From a virus, in the IMG/VR virus record IMGVR_UViG_3300034198_015569, positions 24,428 through 88,427 of that record: a stretch of 64,000 nt of DNA; one strand, written 5' to 3'. Each line of letters begins with the position of its first letter. The stretch's first letter is position 1. The notes below the pieces were generated by a model. The model saw only the letters and a program-made list of their open reading frames with translations, was not told the DNA's origin and searched no databases. A program made the position numbers and the translations under genes. Below, one piece after another: positions 26,908 to 36,694 of the stretch.

Positions 26908-28584
26908 ATGACTAACACTGGCGCCGCCAAGCTTCGTGAAACCCGAGCCGTTGACACGGTTCTGACTGAAGCTGTTCGCAATCGTACCCGCACTGCTACT
27001 CGTGAAACTGCAAATGAGGCTGATAGTCGATTTGCTAGTATTCAGACGAATACATTTCATCAAATTATGTTTGCTCGCGATCTGTCTCCCGAGGCAAAGA
27101 AGGATGCCATGACACAGGCAATTTCCTTCATTGGAACCAAAGAAGAAACCCGCACCCGAATCGCTGAATATGAACTGTTTAAGGAATTTCTACAGTCCAA
27201 GCGTGAGGAGATGGAAGTTCAAATTATGAAGCTTACGGACACTGAAGCTTATAGCGAGCTTAAGTCCGTGATCGAAGGTCTCAATGGTGGAATGCTCGAT
27301 TTCGAAGAGCGTATGACTCCTTTGATTGAAATTATTGACGCCATTTATGTTCTTCGTACCAATGGTCTTACTTATGACGCATTTAAGGAAATTCGTGACG
27401 AACGAAATCTTGAAGATGAGTATAATGAAAAGCGTTCTGATATTACTACTCGTTTCAATACTTTGAATAATGATATTACAAATCTTCAGAATGAAATTGC
27501 TACTCTTGGCGAACAAAAGAGTTTCTTCGGATTTGGTGGGGTGACACAGGAAGCTCGTGAGGCAATTTCACGCAAGAATCTAGAGCTTACTACGGCGCAG
27601 AATAACCTCGCCACACTTCAGTCTGAATTGATTGCTCTTAATGTTGAACGTGCGGAACGTCAGTCTAAGAATGGCGAATTCGCTGCGGAAAAAGCAAAGC
27701 TTCGTGAACTTCTGGATATTTCTTCGGATGACCATAAGGAACGTCAGAAGGGACTTGTAAGCTCCGCTCTTAACTTCGTGACTGTGTCCAAGGAACGAAT
27801 TGGTTCCATTCGTGACCATTTCGGTAAGATGGATAGCCAGATTGAAAATCTTGTGGATGCAAATTCCACCATGCTTAAGATTTACGCAATTATGGGCGAG
27901 GCTACCAAGGAAGCCGAACAGAAGAATCAGGAAATCCGTGCTTCTCTTGAAGCTCCCGAAGGCGATGAAAACATGATCGCTAAGATTACTCGTGAAGAAA
28001 AGAAGATGGCTGTTGAGGAGCATATTGAGCTTCTTAATACCTCTACTGCTGATACCACGATGACCTTTGCGGACCTGTCTTCCAAGGCCATTCGTATCAA
28101 GGGTATGAAGGATGCAAATTCTTCGCAGATGGCGAAGGTTCGCACCATGCATTCACAAGGTGTAGCTGGTATTGCTGATCGGCTGAACGTGGTGCTCCAG
28201 GCGGTTTCTGCCGCTGCGCTTGGCGAATCTTCTTCCATCGCCAAGGATACGCTCACTCGTATGACTGATAGCACAAATAAGATTTCTCAAAAGGAATCTA
28301 TCCGTCAGGCTATGTCTGGTGCAGAAATCAATGCCGACCTTGAGAAGGCTCTTGATGACCTTGACGCCTATGGTGAAGTCGTCCGTGCCGCCACTGACAT
28401 TACCCGTGAAAATGTCACGGAAATGCGCAGCAAGCTTGATGAGCTTCAGAATCTTGCAAAGTCTGTGCAGGGTGATGTCAAGGAAGCCTATGCGGTGCAC
28501 GCCGATGTTGGTATGGGCGAACAGAAGAAGGAAAAGGCTTCAACCAATTCTTCTTCCAATGATCCTTTCAACTTCGCGGCGTGA
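26908..28584 (+). CDS. large coiled-coil protein
   Basis: 558 aa, heptad-rich, AGGAG RBS. Confidence 0.7.
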   Translation: MTNTGAAKLRETRAVDTVLTEAVRNRTRTATRETANEADSRFASIQTNTFHQIMFARDLSPEAKKDAMTQAISFIGTKEETRTRIAEYELFKEFLQSKREEMEVQIMKLTDTEAYSELKSVIEGLNGGMLDFEERMTPLIEIIDAIYVLRTNGLTYDAFKEIRDERNLEDEYNEKRSDITTRFNTLNNDITNLQNEIATLGEQKSFFGFGGVTQEAREAISRKNLELTTAQNNLATLQSELIALNVERAERQSKNGEFAAEKAKLRELLDISSDDHKERQKGLVSSALNFVTVSKERIGSIRDHFGKMDSQIENLVDANSTMLKIYAIMGEATKEAEQKNQEIRASLEAPEGDENMIAKITREEKKMAVEEHIELLNTSTADTTMTFADLSSKAIRIKGMKDANSSQMAKVRTMHSQGVAGIADRLNVVLQAVSAAALGESSSIAKDTLTRMTDSTNKISQKESIRQAMSGAEINADLEKALDDLDAYGEVVRAATDITRENVTEMRSKLDELQNLAKSVQGDVKEAYAVHADVGMGEQKKEKASTNSSSNDPFNFAA

Positions 28585-28588
28585 TTAA

Positions 28589-28852
28589 ATGAAAACTATT
28601 ATTAAAGCAAGTGAGGCGCCTTTGGCGCCTTACTATGCAATCTGTTTCGAAGAACAATATGTAGAAAAAAATGATTACTATTATGACAATAGTATTAATC
28701 ATAAGATCAAATTCAATTATCAAGCCTATTTTGATAAAAAGGAATGGGAACATGATATTGAAATTTACACTATTAAAAATATGAAATTCTTCGCATTCCA
28801 AGCAAATCCTGCAAAAGTAACAACTACTGTTAATGTGGAGATTACACTATGA
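28589..28852 (+). CDS. hypothetical protein
   Basis: ORF between coiled-coil gene and ClpB. Confidence 0.5.
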   Translation: MKTIIKASEAPLAPYYAICFEEQYVEKNDYYYDNSINHKIKFNYQAYFDKKEWEHDIEIYTIKNMKFFAFQANPAKVTTTVNVEITL

Positions 28853-30996
28853 AATATATGACAACTGGAACAGAATATCTTGCCGAAAAGCCAGATTTTA
28901 AATTGGTTGGTCGTGATGCGGAGCTTCAAGAACTTGCTTCAATTCTCATGCGAAATCGTGCTAATTCTGTTCTATTGGTTGGTGCCGGTGGAGTTGGTTG
29001 CACGGCTCTTTGCCTTGGTCTCCAGGCTCTTAAGAATCAGCCAAATGTACCGTTCGATATCGTGTCTAAGCGTTTGTTTTGGCTGAACGTGGATGATCTT
29101 TTCTCTTCTGAAAATGCTGCGGCGGAATTCCAGAAGGTTTTGAACACACTTCGCAAGACTCCTGATTCTGTTCTTATTATCGAGGATACGAAGGATTTCA
29201 TTGAAGCCGCTCGTAACAATGGTTCAACCAACTTTATCAACCCGCTTAATGCAGCGGTAAAGGATGGTTATATACAGGTTATCCTTGAAACCCGAGATGA
29301 GGATTTGGACCTGATTCTTAAATCACATTCCGATATGCGAGAATGCTACACGATGATGGACCTTGGGGAACCTACTGGTGCTGCCCTTGAGGAAATCGTA
29401 AAGGTTTCTGCCGAATCGCTTTCTCGTTTCCATGGTATTAAGCTTGATCCGGCTGTTATTAAGGCTTCAATTGATTTAACAAATAAGTATCGTACACAGG
29501 ATTTGGGCCTTAATCGTGCTCAACCTGAACGCACTGTTACTTTGATTGATCGTGCTTTTGCTACTTATCGTTTGAATGCGCACAAGGCACCTCCTGGATT
29601 TAAGGAGCTTGAAGCAAAGTATAATGCAACAAATGATTCTTCCATTTATGAAGAATTGAGGTCTCGGTTTATGGTTTGGGAAGCGTCTCAGACAAAACTA
29701 AAGAATCTATTCCGTCTTCAGAGGCAGGCTGAAACTGCTATTGTGGAATTCGAAGAACAGATTGAAACTATTAAGAAGGAAGAGGAAGATCGCCGAAAGC
29801 GTGGTGATAATGTCACTGAAGGAAAGTTTAATGCGCTGAACCAACTTTCTTCAAATAATGGATTTGAAAGTGCTGCGGTAACAGAAATTCGCCAAAAGAT
29901 TGAAGAATTGAATAAGGCTGCGGCTGCAAACAAGGCTGAATTTGAATCTGAAACGGCGAAGATCAATGAGCATTTGATTTTGACGAATGATTTGATTGTT
30001 GCTGAATTTAGCAGCATTTCTGGAATTGATGTTTCCAAGCTGAACGAAGATGATCGTATTAAGCTGAAGAATTTGGCCGAAACTCTTAATCAAAGAATCT
30101 TTGGTCAACATGAAGCTGTGCGTCGTCTGTCTGACGCTGTGAAGGTGGCCCGCACGGGTAAGAAGATGAACAATCGCCCGCAAGCTTCATTCATGTTCCT
30201 TGGCCCGTCTGGTGTGGGTAAGACTGAAATCGCCAAGGCTCTTGCTGTATCCTTGTTCGGAGATGAAGGCGCATTGATGCGTTTTGATATGTCTGAATAT
30301 ATGGAAAAGCATGCTGTTGCTAAGATGATTGGTGCACCTCCTGGCTATGAAGGCTTTGAAGCTGGAGGTATTCTTACCAATGCAGCACGTAAGTTTCCTA
30401 ATCGAATTTATCTATTTGATGAAATCGAGAAGGCACACCCTGACGTGTTCAATATCTTTCTTCAAATCCTTTCGGATGGTCGTTTGACTGATAACGTTGG
30501 CCGTACCGTGTCTTTTGCAGATGCGATTATTATTATGACTACCAATATTGGACAGCCGATTGCACTTGATCCCGATTTGACTTGGGAAGAGATTGAAGCG
30601 GGAATGAAGGAAGAACTTGATAAAACCTATCGTTCTGAATTCTTGAATCGTTTTGCTGGGCGACAGAATATTGTTTGTTTCAAGAAATTGGAACTTGAAC
30701 ATATTGAAAATATCGTTCGTAGGGAAATTAAGAATCTTAATATTACCTATGGTGAAATGGGTGTAGAGATTGAGATTTCTGATAAGAGCCTTAAAGCTTT
30801 TTGTCGTGATCATTATGACCCAAAAATTGGTGCCCGTGGTCTACCCGGTTACATCCAAGCTAATTTGGAGCCAACCATTGTAAATACAATCCTTGACACG
30901 CCTGATGCTTCAGGTACAATGATTGTTGAATATAATGAAGCGACAAAAGCTTTTGATATTTCAATGAATATAAAAGAAAGTTTGGCTGCGGCCTGA
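28849..30996 (+). CDS. clpB: ClpB/Hsp100-like AAA+ chaperone lacking N-domain
   Basis: LVGRDAEL, M-domain coil, FLGPSGVGKTE, DMSEYMEKH, GAPPGYEG, FDEIEKAHPDV, GARGL. Confidence 0.85.
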   Translation: MKYMTTGTEYLAEKPDFKLVGRDAELQELASILMRNRANSVLLVGAGGVGCTALCLGLQALKNQPNVPFDIVSKRLFWLNVDDLFSSENAAAEFQKVLNTLRKTPDSVLIIEDTKDFIEAARNNGSTNFINPLNAAVKDGYIQVILETRDEDLDLILKSHSDMRECYTMMDLGEPTGAALEEIVKVSAESLSRFHGIKLDPAVIKASIDLTNKYRTQDLGLNRAQPERTVTLIDRAFATYRLNAHKAPPGFKELEAKYNATNDSSIYEELRSRFMVWEASQTKLKNLFRLQRQAETAIVEFEEQIETIKKEEEDRRKRGDNVTEGKFNALNQLSSNNGFESAAVTEIRQKIEELNKAAAANKAEFESETAKINEHLILTNDLIVAEFSSISGIDVSKLNEDDRIKLKNLAETLNQRIFGQHEAVRRLSDAVKVARTGKKMNNRPQASFMFLGPSGVGKTEIAKALAVSLFGDEGALMRFDMSEYMEKHAVAKMIGAPPGYEGFEAGGILTNAARKFPNRIYLFDEIEKAHPDVFNIFLQILSDGRLTDNVGRTVSFADAIIIMTTNIGQPIALDPDLTWEEIEAGMKEELDKTYRSEFLNRFAGRQNIVCFKKLELEHIENIVRREIKNLNITYGEMGVEIEISDKSLKAFCRDHYDPKIGARGLPGYIQANLEPTIVNTILDTPDASGTMIVEYNEATKAFDISMNIKESLAAA

Positions 30997-31006
30997 AAGG
31001 CAATGA

Positions 31007-31744
31007 ATGTCTGATTCTTTACTTGATAAGATGAAGCGATTGAATGATTCGGTTAATTCCAATTCATTCAATCGCCAGAAAACACACGATCAATCACGTA
31101 TTGGTCGAATGCAAGATGATGTAACCAAGCTTCATCGCTTTTGGCTACAATTTACTTTTGCATGTTGGTGGGTTTGGACACGAATTCTTTTTCCTATTTT
31201 CAGATTTATGTCTAAACCAATGAGATGGGCATTTTATGCCTATCGTCATCTCTGGAGTATTGTAGTTTATACACAGGATAAATATGGAGCACTTGTTTTT
31301 TCGAAGATGCGTGCTGGTATGTTTCTGACAGCAACTGTCATTATTCTTTATATGATGCCAGTTATTGCAAACCTGACATATGACACTACAATGTTTGCAG
31401 CCACGGTTGATTATGACGAAGAGGTTTATCTAACCAATTCTCAGGAAATCATTCCAGAATCAGACATTCATTCTGTCCAAGGTTGTAATAAACTTCCTTG
31501 CACTGATGATAATAGTATTTACTATCGTGTGAACCCGTCTTTGTTCAATCATATCTGGAGTTTTATTACCAATAAGAATTGGTTTTTTCCAGATTATGTT
31601 GCGGCGGCTGTTCCTCCTGGCGTGAGTAAGTGTAAGATCACGTCATATGGAATTCGTATTAAGCTTCTGATTCGAAATGCGGATATATATCCCGACCTTC
31701 TGCAAGCGAGTTGTCAACCTATAAATACTGAAATTGGAAAATGA
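31007..31744 (+). CDS. membrane protein
   Basis: TM segments followed by Cys-containing soluble domain. Confidence 0.6.
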   Translation: MSDSLLDKMKRLNDSVNSNSFNRQKTHDQSRIGRMQDDVTKLHRFWLQFTFACWWVWTRILFPIFRFMSKPMRWAFYAYRHLWSIVVYTQDKYGALVFSKMRAGMFLTATVIILYMMPVIANLTYDTTMFAATVDYDEEVYLTNSQEIIPESDIHSVQGCNKLPCTDDNSIYYRVNPSLFNHIWSFITNKNWFFPDYVAAAVPPGVSKCKITSYGIRIKLLIRNADIYPDLLQASCQPINTEIGK

Positions 31745-31745
31745 A

Positions 31746-32123
31746 ATGAAATATGCTATAATTACAACGTTCTGTTTACTTTTTCTTGCTGCATGTGATT
31801 CGGATGCTAATGTTGCTTCCTATAATTTATCTAAAGCAGCGGACCAATTTGAAATCAATCGCAGAATTGTTTTCTATAATGGTATTACTGATAGTTATAT
31901 GTTAACTATCGAGGGACTATGCTCATTGGGTAATGATGACAAGCCGGGACAACGCACAGTAACTTGTAAAGTTGGCCCCAATGCTTATAAAAAACATTAT
32001 TTGGGTCTTTCCGATAATGTGACGTATTTTGCAGAACAACTTGAATCGGCACAGGTAAGTAAATACCATTATAAGGTTATTTTCAAACCTTCTGTCATTC
32101 TTCCCGATGTAGATTTAAAATGA
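31746..32123 (+). CDS. phage lipoprotein
   Basis: LAAC lipobox; ASYNLSKAAD.F...RRIVFYNGITD. Confidence 0.7.
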   Translation: MKYAIITTFCLLFLAACDSDANVASYNLSKAADQFEINRRIVFYNGITDSYMLTIEGLCSLGNDDKPGQRTVTCKVGPNAYKKHYLGLSDNVTYFAEQLESAQVSKYHYKVIFKPSVILPDVDLK

Positions 32124-32142
32124 TCCTAGAAAATAATTTTCA

Positions 32143-32172
32143 TTGACACCACAAAAAAGTTGATATAAAATT
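32143..32172 (+). promoter_or_regulatory. sigma70-like promoter for CUA tRNA operon
   Basis: TTGACA followed by TATAAAAT at -10 spacing. Confidence 0.5.
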
Positions 32173-32188
32173 ATAAATCATTAAGTAT

Positions 32189-32264
32189 GATCCATTAGTT
32201 TAAGGGTAAAACACCGGGCTCTAATCCCGGAGATGACAGATACCAGCACTGTCATGGGTTGCCA
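32189..32264 (+). tRNA. amber-suppressor-type tRNA (anticodon CTA)
   Basis: GATCCAT/ATGGGTT-GCCA; GTTT/AAAC D stem; perfect CCGGG-CTCTAAT-CCCGG arm; atypical 9-nt T loop. Confidence 0.75.
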
Positions 32265-32285
32265 ATGAAAATAAAAGGAAAGAAA

Positions 32286-32336
32286 ATGACCCTCTAGATT
32301 AAAAAGTATTAGATTCGTGGTCCCCCGTGTACCTAA
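32286..32336 (+). CDS. amber-containing micro-ORF MTL*IKKY*IRGPPCT
   Basis: AAGGA RBS; TAG at codons 4 and 9; TAA stop. Confidence 0.45.
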
Positions 32337-32381
32337 TTGAACCAAATAAACAAAATTTAATTCAATTAGGAGAATACACAA

Positions 32382-32753
32382 ATGATTAACAACATCGAAA
32401 AGTACATTAATTCTAACCATCTTTACACTCAATATAACCTTGTGAGAAAGCAAGGCCAGCGTCTTATAGATGCAGCTACGGTAAATTCTAAAGAGGAATA
32501 CCTAGCTTGGGTAAAGGATTGGAAAGAATCTATTAAGAACCTCGAATCTCATATTCGTTATTGTAAGTTTATGCGCAGTCCAGTACGTCAAGAAAATGAT
32601 CCAAATAAGCCAGAAGGCTTCATAATTGATGCTGATCAATATTGTCGGTTTGCAAACGCATATGGACTTCTCGCTCATGAACTTTACAATAAGCGTGTTG
32701 AAATGAAAGAGGCTTCAATTGAAGCAAAGAAAAAGCTTCTAGAAGTAGCATAA
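32382..32753 (+). CDS. hypothetical protein (paralog of 32835)
   Basis: EEYLAWVKDWK motif; AGGAG RBS. Confidence 0.7.
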   Translation: MINNIEKYINSNHLYTQYNLVRKQGQRLIDAATVNSKEEYLAWVKDWKESIKNLESHIRYCKFMRSPVRQENDPNKPEGFIIDADQYCRFANAYGLLAHELYNKRVEMKEASIEAKKKLLEVA

Positions 32754-32834
32754 GTAAAATTAGGAGGCTGGAAATTAATCCAGCCTCCCTATTGAAATCT
32801 CATTTAGAATCATATATTGTGAAGGAGAAATTAA

Positions 32835-33182
32835 ATGCAGAAGTTTAATACGCAGCGTCAGCTTTCCAATTATAAGAATAAGCATACTCATGAAGTAAAT
32901 ATCAATGAGTTGCGGAATAATATTCTTTATACAATTGCTCTAGCTGATGTTGATACTCGTGAGAAGTATCTAGAATGGGTTGAGGCATGGAAGAAGACGA
33001 ACGTTGATCTTGTGAAGCTGATCAAGGCTTATAAGAAGAAGCGTCAGAATCTTTCGAATGATTCGGCTTCTACCGAAGGAATTCTTGCTGAAGCTCGCTA
33101 TCTCGCACAGTCTTTTTATGCGCAGCGTTATCGTATGAAGATTATGTCAATTCTTAATCAGGCTGATGATTTGGAAGTTTGA
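32835..33182 (+). CDS. hypothetical protein (paralog of 32382)
   Basis: EKYLEWVEAWK motif; AAGGAG RBS. Confidence 0.7.
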   Translation: MQKFNTQRQLSNYKNKHTHEVNINELRNNILYTIALADVDTREKYLEWVEAWKKTNVDLVKLIKAYKKKRQNLSNDSASTEGILAEARYLAQSFYAQRYRMKIMSILNQADDLEV

Positions 33183-33589
33183 ATATAAATAAATTAGGAT
33201 ATTTGTTGAGTTTATTAAATTTATCGTCGGTTTCACAGGGAACAGTAGGTCTTGGATTTGCAATTGCTCATTATGTAGCAGAAGGCAAAATAGTTTCCAT
33301 TCCATTAAACGACAATCAAGATTATGATTTAGTTGTTGAAGAAAATGGGAAACTTAAAAAAGTTCAAGTCAAAACATCTCGTGTGAAAGAGAACGGTAAT
33401 TTTAGAGTCGAAATACGAAAAATTCGATCAAATAAAACAATAAATAAAGTAATAGAATTTAATAATACAACTTGTGATATTGTATTTGTATATTGTGATG
33501 ATGGAACAAAATATTCAATACCATCTGATAAAATACATACAAAAACTACAATTGTATTAAATCAAAAGTTTAATGAATTTAAACTTTAA
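33179..33589 (+). CDS. PD-(D/E)xK endonuclease (homing type)
   Basis: VSIPL.D...YDLVVE...KVQVKT. Confidence 0.75.
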   Translation: MNINKLGYLLSLLNLSSVSQGTVGLGFAIAHYVAEGKIVSIPLNDNQDYDLVVEENGKLKKVQVKTSRVKENGNFRVEIRKIRSNKTINKVIEFNNTTCDIVFVYCDDGTKYSIPSDKIHTKTTIVLNQKFNEFKL

Positions 33590-33590
33590 T

Positions 33591-33683
33591 GGATACTGAA
33601 CTTCACCAGCGTGGAGCCCGATCTTGAAAATCGGTGGAACCCCTAGTAAGGGTTTGGAGGGCAGCACTACCCGGTATCCGCCA
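33591..33683 (+). tRNA. tRNA-Ser(TGA)
   Basis: CCGAT-CTTGAAA-ATCGG; long variable arm; G73-CCA. Confidence 0.75.
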
Positions 33684-33689
33684 ATTCTT

Positions 33690-33780
33690 GGAAAGTAAAC
33701 CATACGGGGTATGGCACTGTTTGGAAAACAGTTGGAACCTTGAAAAAGTGTTTGCGGATCGAGACCGCTGCTTTCCTCCA
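33690..33780 (+). tRNA. tRNA-Ser(GGA)
   Basis: ACTGT-TTGGAAA-ACAGT; long variable arm; CCA. Confidence 0.75.
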
Positions 33781-33807
33781 TTTTTAAAATAATGAATAGG
33801 TGAAAAT

Positions 33808-33999
33808 ATGACTCTTACTGAACTTCACATTGAATGGGATAATCTATCTAAGTCTCGTCGTGAGACTGCTATTCGCTCATTGTTTGATGAGCTTCAGCGT
33901 GATCCAGAGCAATATGAAGATTTTATTTATGATATCCTGTCTCAAGCTGTTGATCTTGAGACCGATGATTATTTTGGAACTGAAGGCTTGAAAGTTTAA
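33808..33999 (+). CDS. hypothetical acidic protein
   Basis: AGGT RBS; DDYFGTEG tail. Confidence 0.55.
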   Translation: MTLTELHIEWDNLSKSRRETAIRSLFDELQRDPEQYEDFIYDILSQAVDLETDDYFGTEGLKV

Positions 34000-34047
34000 T
34001 TTTTCTCTGTATAATTAACTCCTCATTAACTTAAAGGAGTTAAGAAA

Positions 34048-34245
34048 ATGAATAATTTTTGGTTGGCATTTTTTCTCGCTGCGGGAATGACCTTTTGGTC
34101 AATCATCACATATATAGTTGTATATTTTCTAGTTGGATTGCTTGGAGTTGTACTCGCAATTATCATAATTTTTGGTATGTTTTTGCTGGTGTTGTGGCTA
34201 TTGGCACATCTCATTATGGAGAGACCGATTCCCACTGAACCGTAA
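34048..34245 (+). CDS. small membrane protein
   Basis: AAGGAG RBS; hydrophobic. Confidence 0.55.
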   Translation: MNNFWLAFFLAAGMTFWSIITYIVVYFLVGLLGVVLAIIIIFGMFLLVLWLLAHLIMERPIPTEP

Positions 34246-34258
34246 AAGTGGTCTAAAT

Positions 34259-34333
34259 GCTCCCTTAGCTCAGTGGTAGAGCGCTTCTATGACACGGAAG
34301 AAGTCGTATGTTCGATTCATACAGGGAGCACCA
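34259..34333 (+). tRNA. tRNA-Val(GAC)
   Basis: Canonical cloverleaf, loop ATGACAC, CCA. Confidence 0.9.
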
Positions 34334-34436
34334 TTAAGTTTTCTTTAACCATATACTATCGCACTGCAATAACATCATTGACAGCGAAGATAGCCATTGA
34401 TACCTTCTCCTTACATTCAATCAAGGGGAGGCTTTA

Positions 34437-34655
34437 ATGACCCATCTCTTTAAGAAGCTGTTTCGTAATGTGATCAAGGGTTCGGTTGTGTTCGTTGGCT
34501 CTGGTATAATCGGAGCGGTTCTAATGTACACAATGTGGCTGATGCCCCTGGCGTATGCTGCTTTTTGGGGTTTCGTGGCTGTTCTCTATATCGGGTATCT
34601 CGTCTATGAAGTGAGAGAATGGCGGCATGGATGCTGCACACGGTACTGGAGTTAA
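34437..34655 (+). CDS. small membrane protein
   Basis: GGAGG RBS; two TMs. Confidence 0.55.
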   Translation: MTHLFKKLFRNVIKGSVVFVGSGIIGAVLMYTMWLMPLAYAAFWGFVAVLYIGYLVYEVREWRHGCCTRYWS

Positions 34656-34673
34656 AAAAATAATTGGAGGGTA

Positions 34674-35063
34674 ATGAACGTTAATCAAAAAGGAGTTAAG
34701 GGTTTAATCAAAATTATAGACCATTTAACAGATAAAAGCTGGTATTGTTTTCCAGCTTTTGATGATCATTCTCCAGTTGACTTGATAATTATGAATGAAG
34801 CTGGTAAGCTTATGAAACTCCAGATAAAATATAGGAGTCGCATACAAAGGTTCGTATCAGAAAGATATGAACTACAAGCATCTTCCGTTGTCAACGGAAA
34901 ACGAGTAGATATCAACAGGATTTTAATAGATGGTTGGGGTGTGTATCTTGAGGAAGCACAAAAAGTAGTTTTCATCCATAAAAATTATTTAATTAATAAA
35001 AAAAGTTTTATTATTAATCCTAATATAAATTACTTATCTTTGGAAGAATGGCCGAGTGGTTGA
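34674..35063 (+). CDS. PD-(D/E)xK endonuclease (homing type)
   Basis: DHSPVDLII...LQIKY; 3' end overlaps tRNA-Ser. Confidence 0.7.
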   Translation: MNVNQKGVKGLIKIIDHLTDKSWYCFPAFDDHSPVDLIIMNEAGKLMKLQIKYRSRIQRFVSERYELQASSVVNGKRVDINRILIDGWGVYLEEAQKVVFIHKNYLINKKSFIINPNINYLSLEEWPSG

Positions 35064-35129
35064 TGGCGCTCCTTTGCTAAAGGAGTGTACGTAACAGTAC
35101 CATGGGTTCGAATCCCATTTCTTCCGCCA
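35042..35129 (+). tRNA. tRNA-Ser(GCT)
   Basis: Canonical class II cloverleaf; loop TTGCTAA. Confidence 0.9.
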
Positions 35130-35203
35130 AAATTCAAGTATAAAACCTGTTGACAACTCACTTCTTCGTGATATACTTAGATAATGAACAATAAGAGAGA
35201 TTA

Positions 35204-35740
35204 ATGACAGTATTTGTAACATCCGATACGCATTTTGGACATAAACGCATAATTGAACTTTGTAATCGTCCATTTCCTTTAGAAGATAAAACTTTCGAAA
35301 TGGATGAAGTTCTAATCAAAAACTGGAATGCTAAAGTCCGACCCAATGACACAATTTATCATTTGGGCGATTATACCTATCATTATGATTCTGATTATCT
35401 CAGAGAACAGTTTGATAGGTTGAACGGACACAAATTCCTAATTGAAGGCAACCATGATCCCGCATACGTGAAGAATCTTCCGTGGGATGGTGTCTTTAAA
35501 TACCAAGAAATTAAATACAATAAGAAAGTTTTTGTTCTTTTCCACTATCCGATTCTGGAATGGAATGGGTTTCACAGAAACAAAGATGAATTGGTCTATA
35601 TTCATTTACATGGACACATTCATTCGACTCCTTTAGACTCTAAATACCCGAAAATTCGGGGACGAATGGATGTAGGTGTTGATGCCAATGGTTTCACACC
35701 ACTATCATTGGATGAAGTTATTCGATCCGTCGAATACTAA
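35204..35740 (+). CDS. calcineurin-like metallophosphoesterase
   Basis: SDTHFGH, HLGD, GNHD, HGHIH. Confidence 0.9.
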   Translation: MTVFVTSDTHFGHKRIIELCNRPFPLEDKTFEMDEVLIKNWNAKVRPNDTIYHLGDYTYHYDSDYLREQFDRLNGHKFLIEGNHDPAYVKNLPWDGVFKYQEIKYNKKVFVLFHYPILEWNGFHRNKDELVYIHLHGHIHSTPLDSKYPKIRGRMDVGVDANGFTPLSLDEVIRSVEY

Positions 35741-35858
35741 TTTGATGAAAGTAAAAAAGTTCAAATTAGTAGTTGACTTAAGGAGTTAACTCGAATAGAC
35801 TACAGAACATAGGGGGAGTCAATACCGGAGGGGAATAACCTAACCGAAGGAGACTCAA

Positions 35859-36095
35859 ATGAACCGTGGTAATATCAGTGTGCAGGAAACGATGAAGGCT
35901 CTTCCGATGGGTGGTCGTATGACCGTCACGGGCGTGCCTCGCCAGCAGGCAGCACGAAATGATTTGATTAAAAAGATCGATCGTATCGGCAAGCTTGCGG
36001 CGGCCAACCATCAGGGAAAGGTTCCGGTGAAGTTCATTCAGCGGAATTCCCGAGGTGGTGGTATCGAAGTTTTCAAGGTCCGTGCTGGGGAATGA
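35859..36095 (+). CDS. hypothetical basic protein
   Basis: AAGGAG RBS. Confidence 0.6.
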   Translation: MNRGNISVQETMKALPMGGRMTVTGVPRQQAARNDLIKKIDRIGKLAAANHQGKVPVKFIQRNSRGGGIEVFKVRAGE

Positions 36096-36136
36096 GCACA
36101 AATCGATTGATTTGATCGATTTGCAGGACACCTGAT

Positions 36137-36168
36137 AAGCCCGGCGAATAAAATCGCCGGGCTTTTCT
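36137..36168 (+). terminator. intrinsic terminator
   Basis: AAGCCCGGCGA/TCGCCGGGCTT hairpin plus T run. Confidence 0.65.
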
Positions 36169-36221
36169 AACCACAAAAAAAGGAAAAAATTCCTATACAT
36201 TAAATATATGTTGGGGGAAAA

Positions 36222-36527
36222 ATGTGTATTACGGAAATACCCACCAAATCAGAAAAGTTTGTAAAGGCACAAATCATAAAGGCTGAAGAACTGGAAGATA
36301 GTTTGGACTCGGATGTTCCGGTGTATTTTGTAAATCCTCGATATAACAACACTGGCTTGTATATTTGTATCGGGGATAATGGAGAGTATGAAGTTTGGCG
36401 AGCAATTTTCTCGGAAGCAACCGAAGAAACTATAGAAGCAAATCTTATAGCTTCATTTCAAACCTTTACAGGAATTCTCGAATCAGTCAATATGGAAATC
36501 AATCGTGGGTGGTTGTATTTCCATTAA
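36222..36527 (+). CDS. hypothetical protein
   Basis: ORF. Confidence 0.5.
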   Translation: MCITEIPTKSEKFVKAQIIKAEELEDSLDSDVPVYFVNPRYNNTGLYICIGDNGEYEVWRAIFSEATEETIEANLIASFQTFTGILESVNMEINRGWLYFH

Positions 36528-36584
36528 ATAATTAAAAGAGAAGATATAATAATCTTCTCTTTTAATGAAAAATTGGATTTTGTA

Positions 36585-36592
36585 TATAAATA
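36585..36592 (+). promoter_or_regulatory. T4-type late promoter
   Basis: TATAAATA upstream of cassette 1 and TROVE gene. Confidence 0.55.
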
Positions 36593-36625
36593 CACGTCCA
36601 TGATTATAATTAAGTTAATTGAATT

Positions 36626-36673
36626 AGAACGATTTCAGCACTTAAACGCTTGGTATGCAAAAAAGTCGTTCTG
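36626..36673 (+). ncRNA. Y-RNA-like cassette 1
   Basis: AGAACGATTT-CAGCA...AAGTCGTTCT-G. Confidence 0.6.
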
Positions 36674-36694
36674 TTAAACAAAAGGAATATTTAA

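Noticed and set aside
27190-28500. Minus-strand ORFs (also 42058-42678, 52892-53882 and similar)
   Set aside because: Antisense shadows of strongly codon-biased plus-strand genes, with no motifs.
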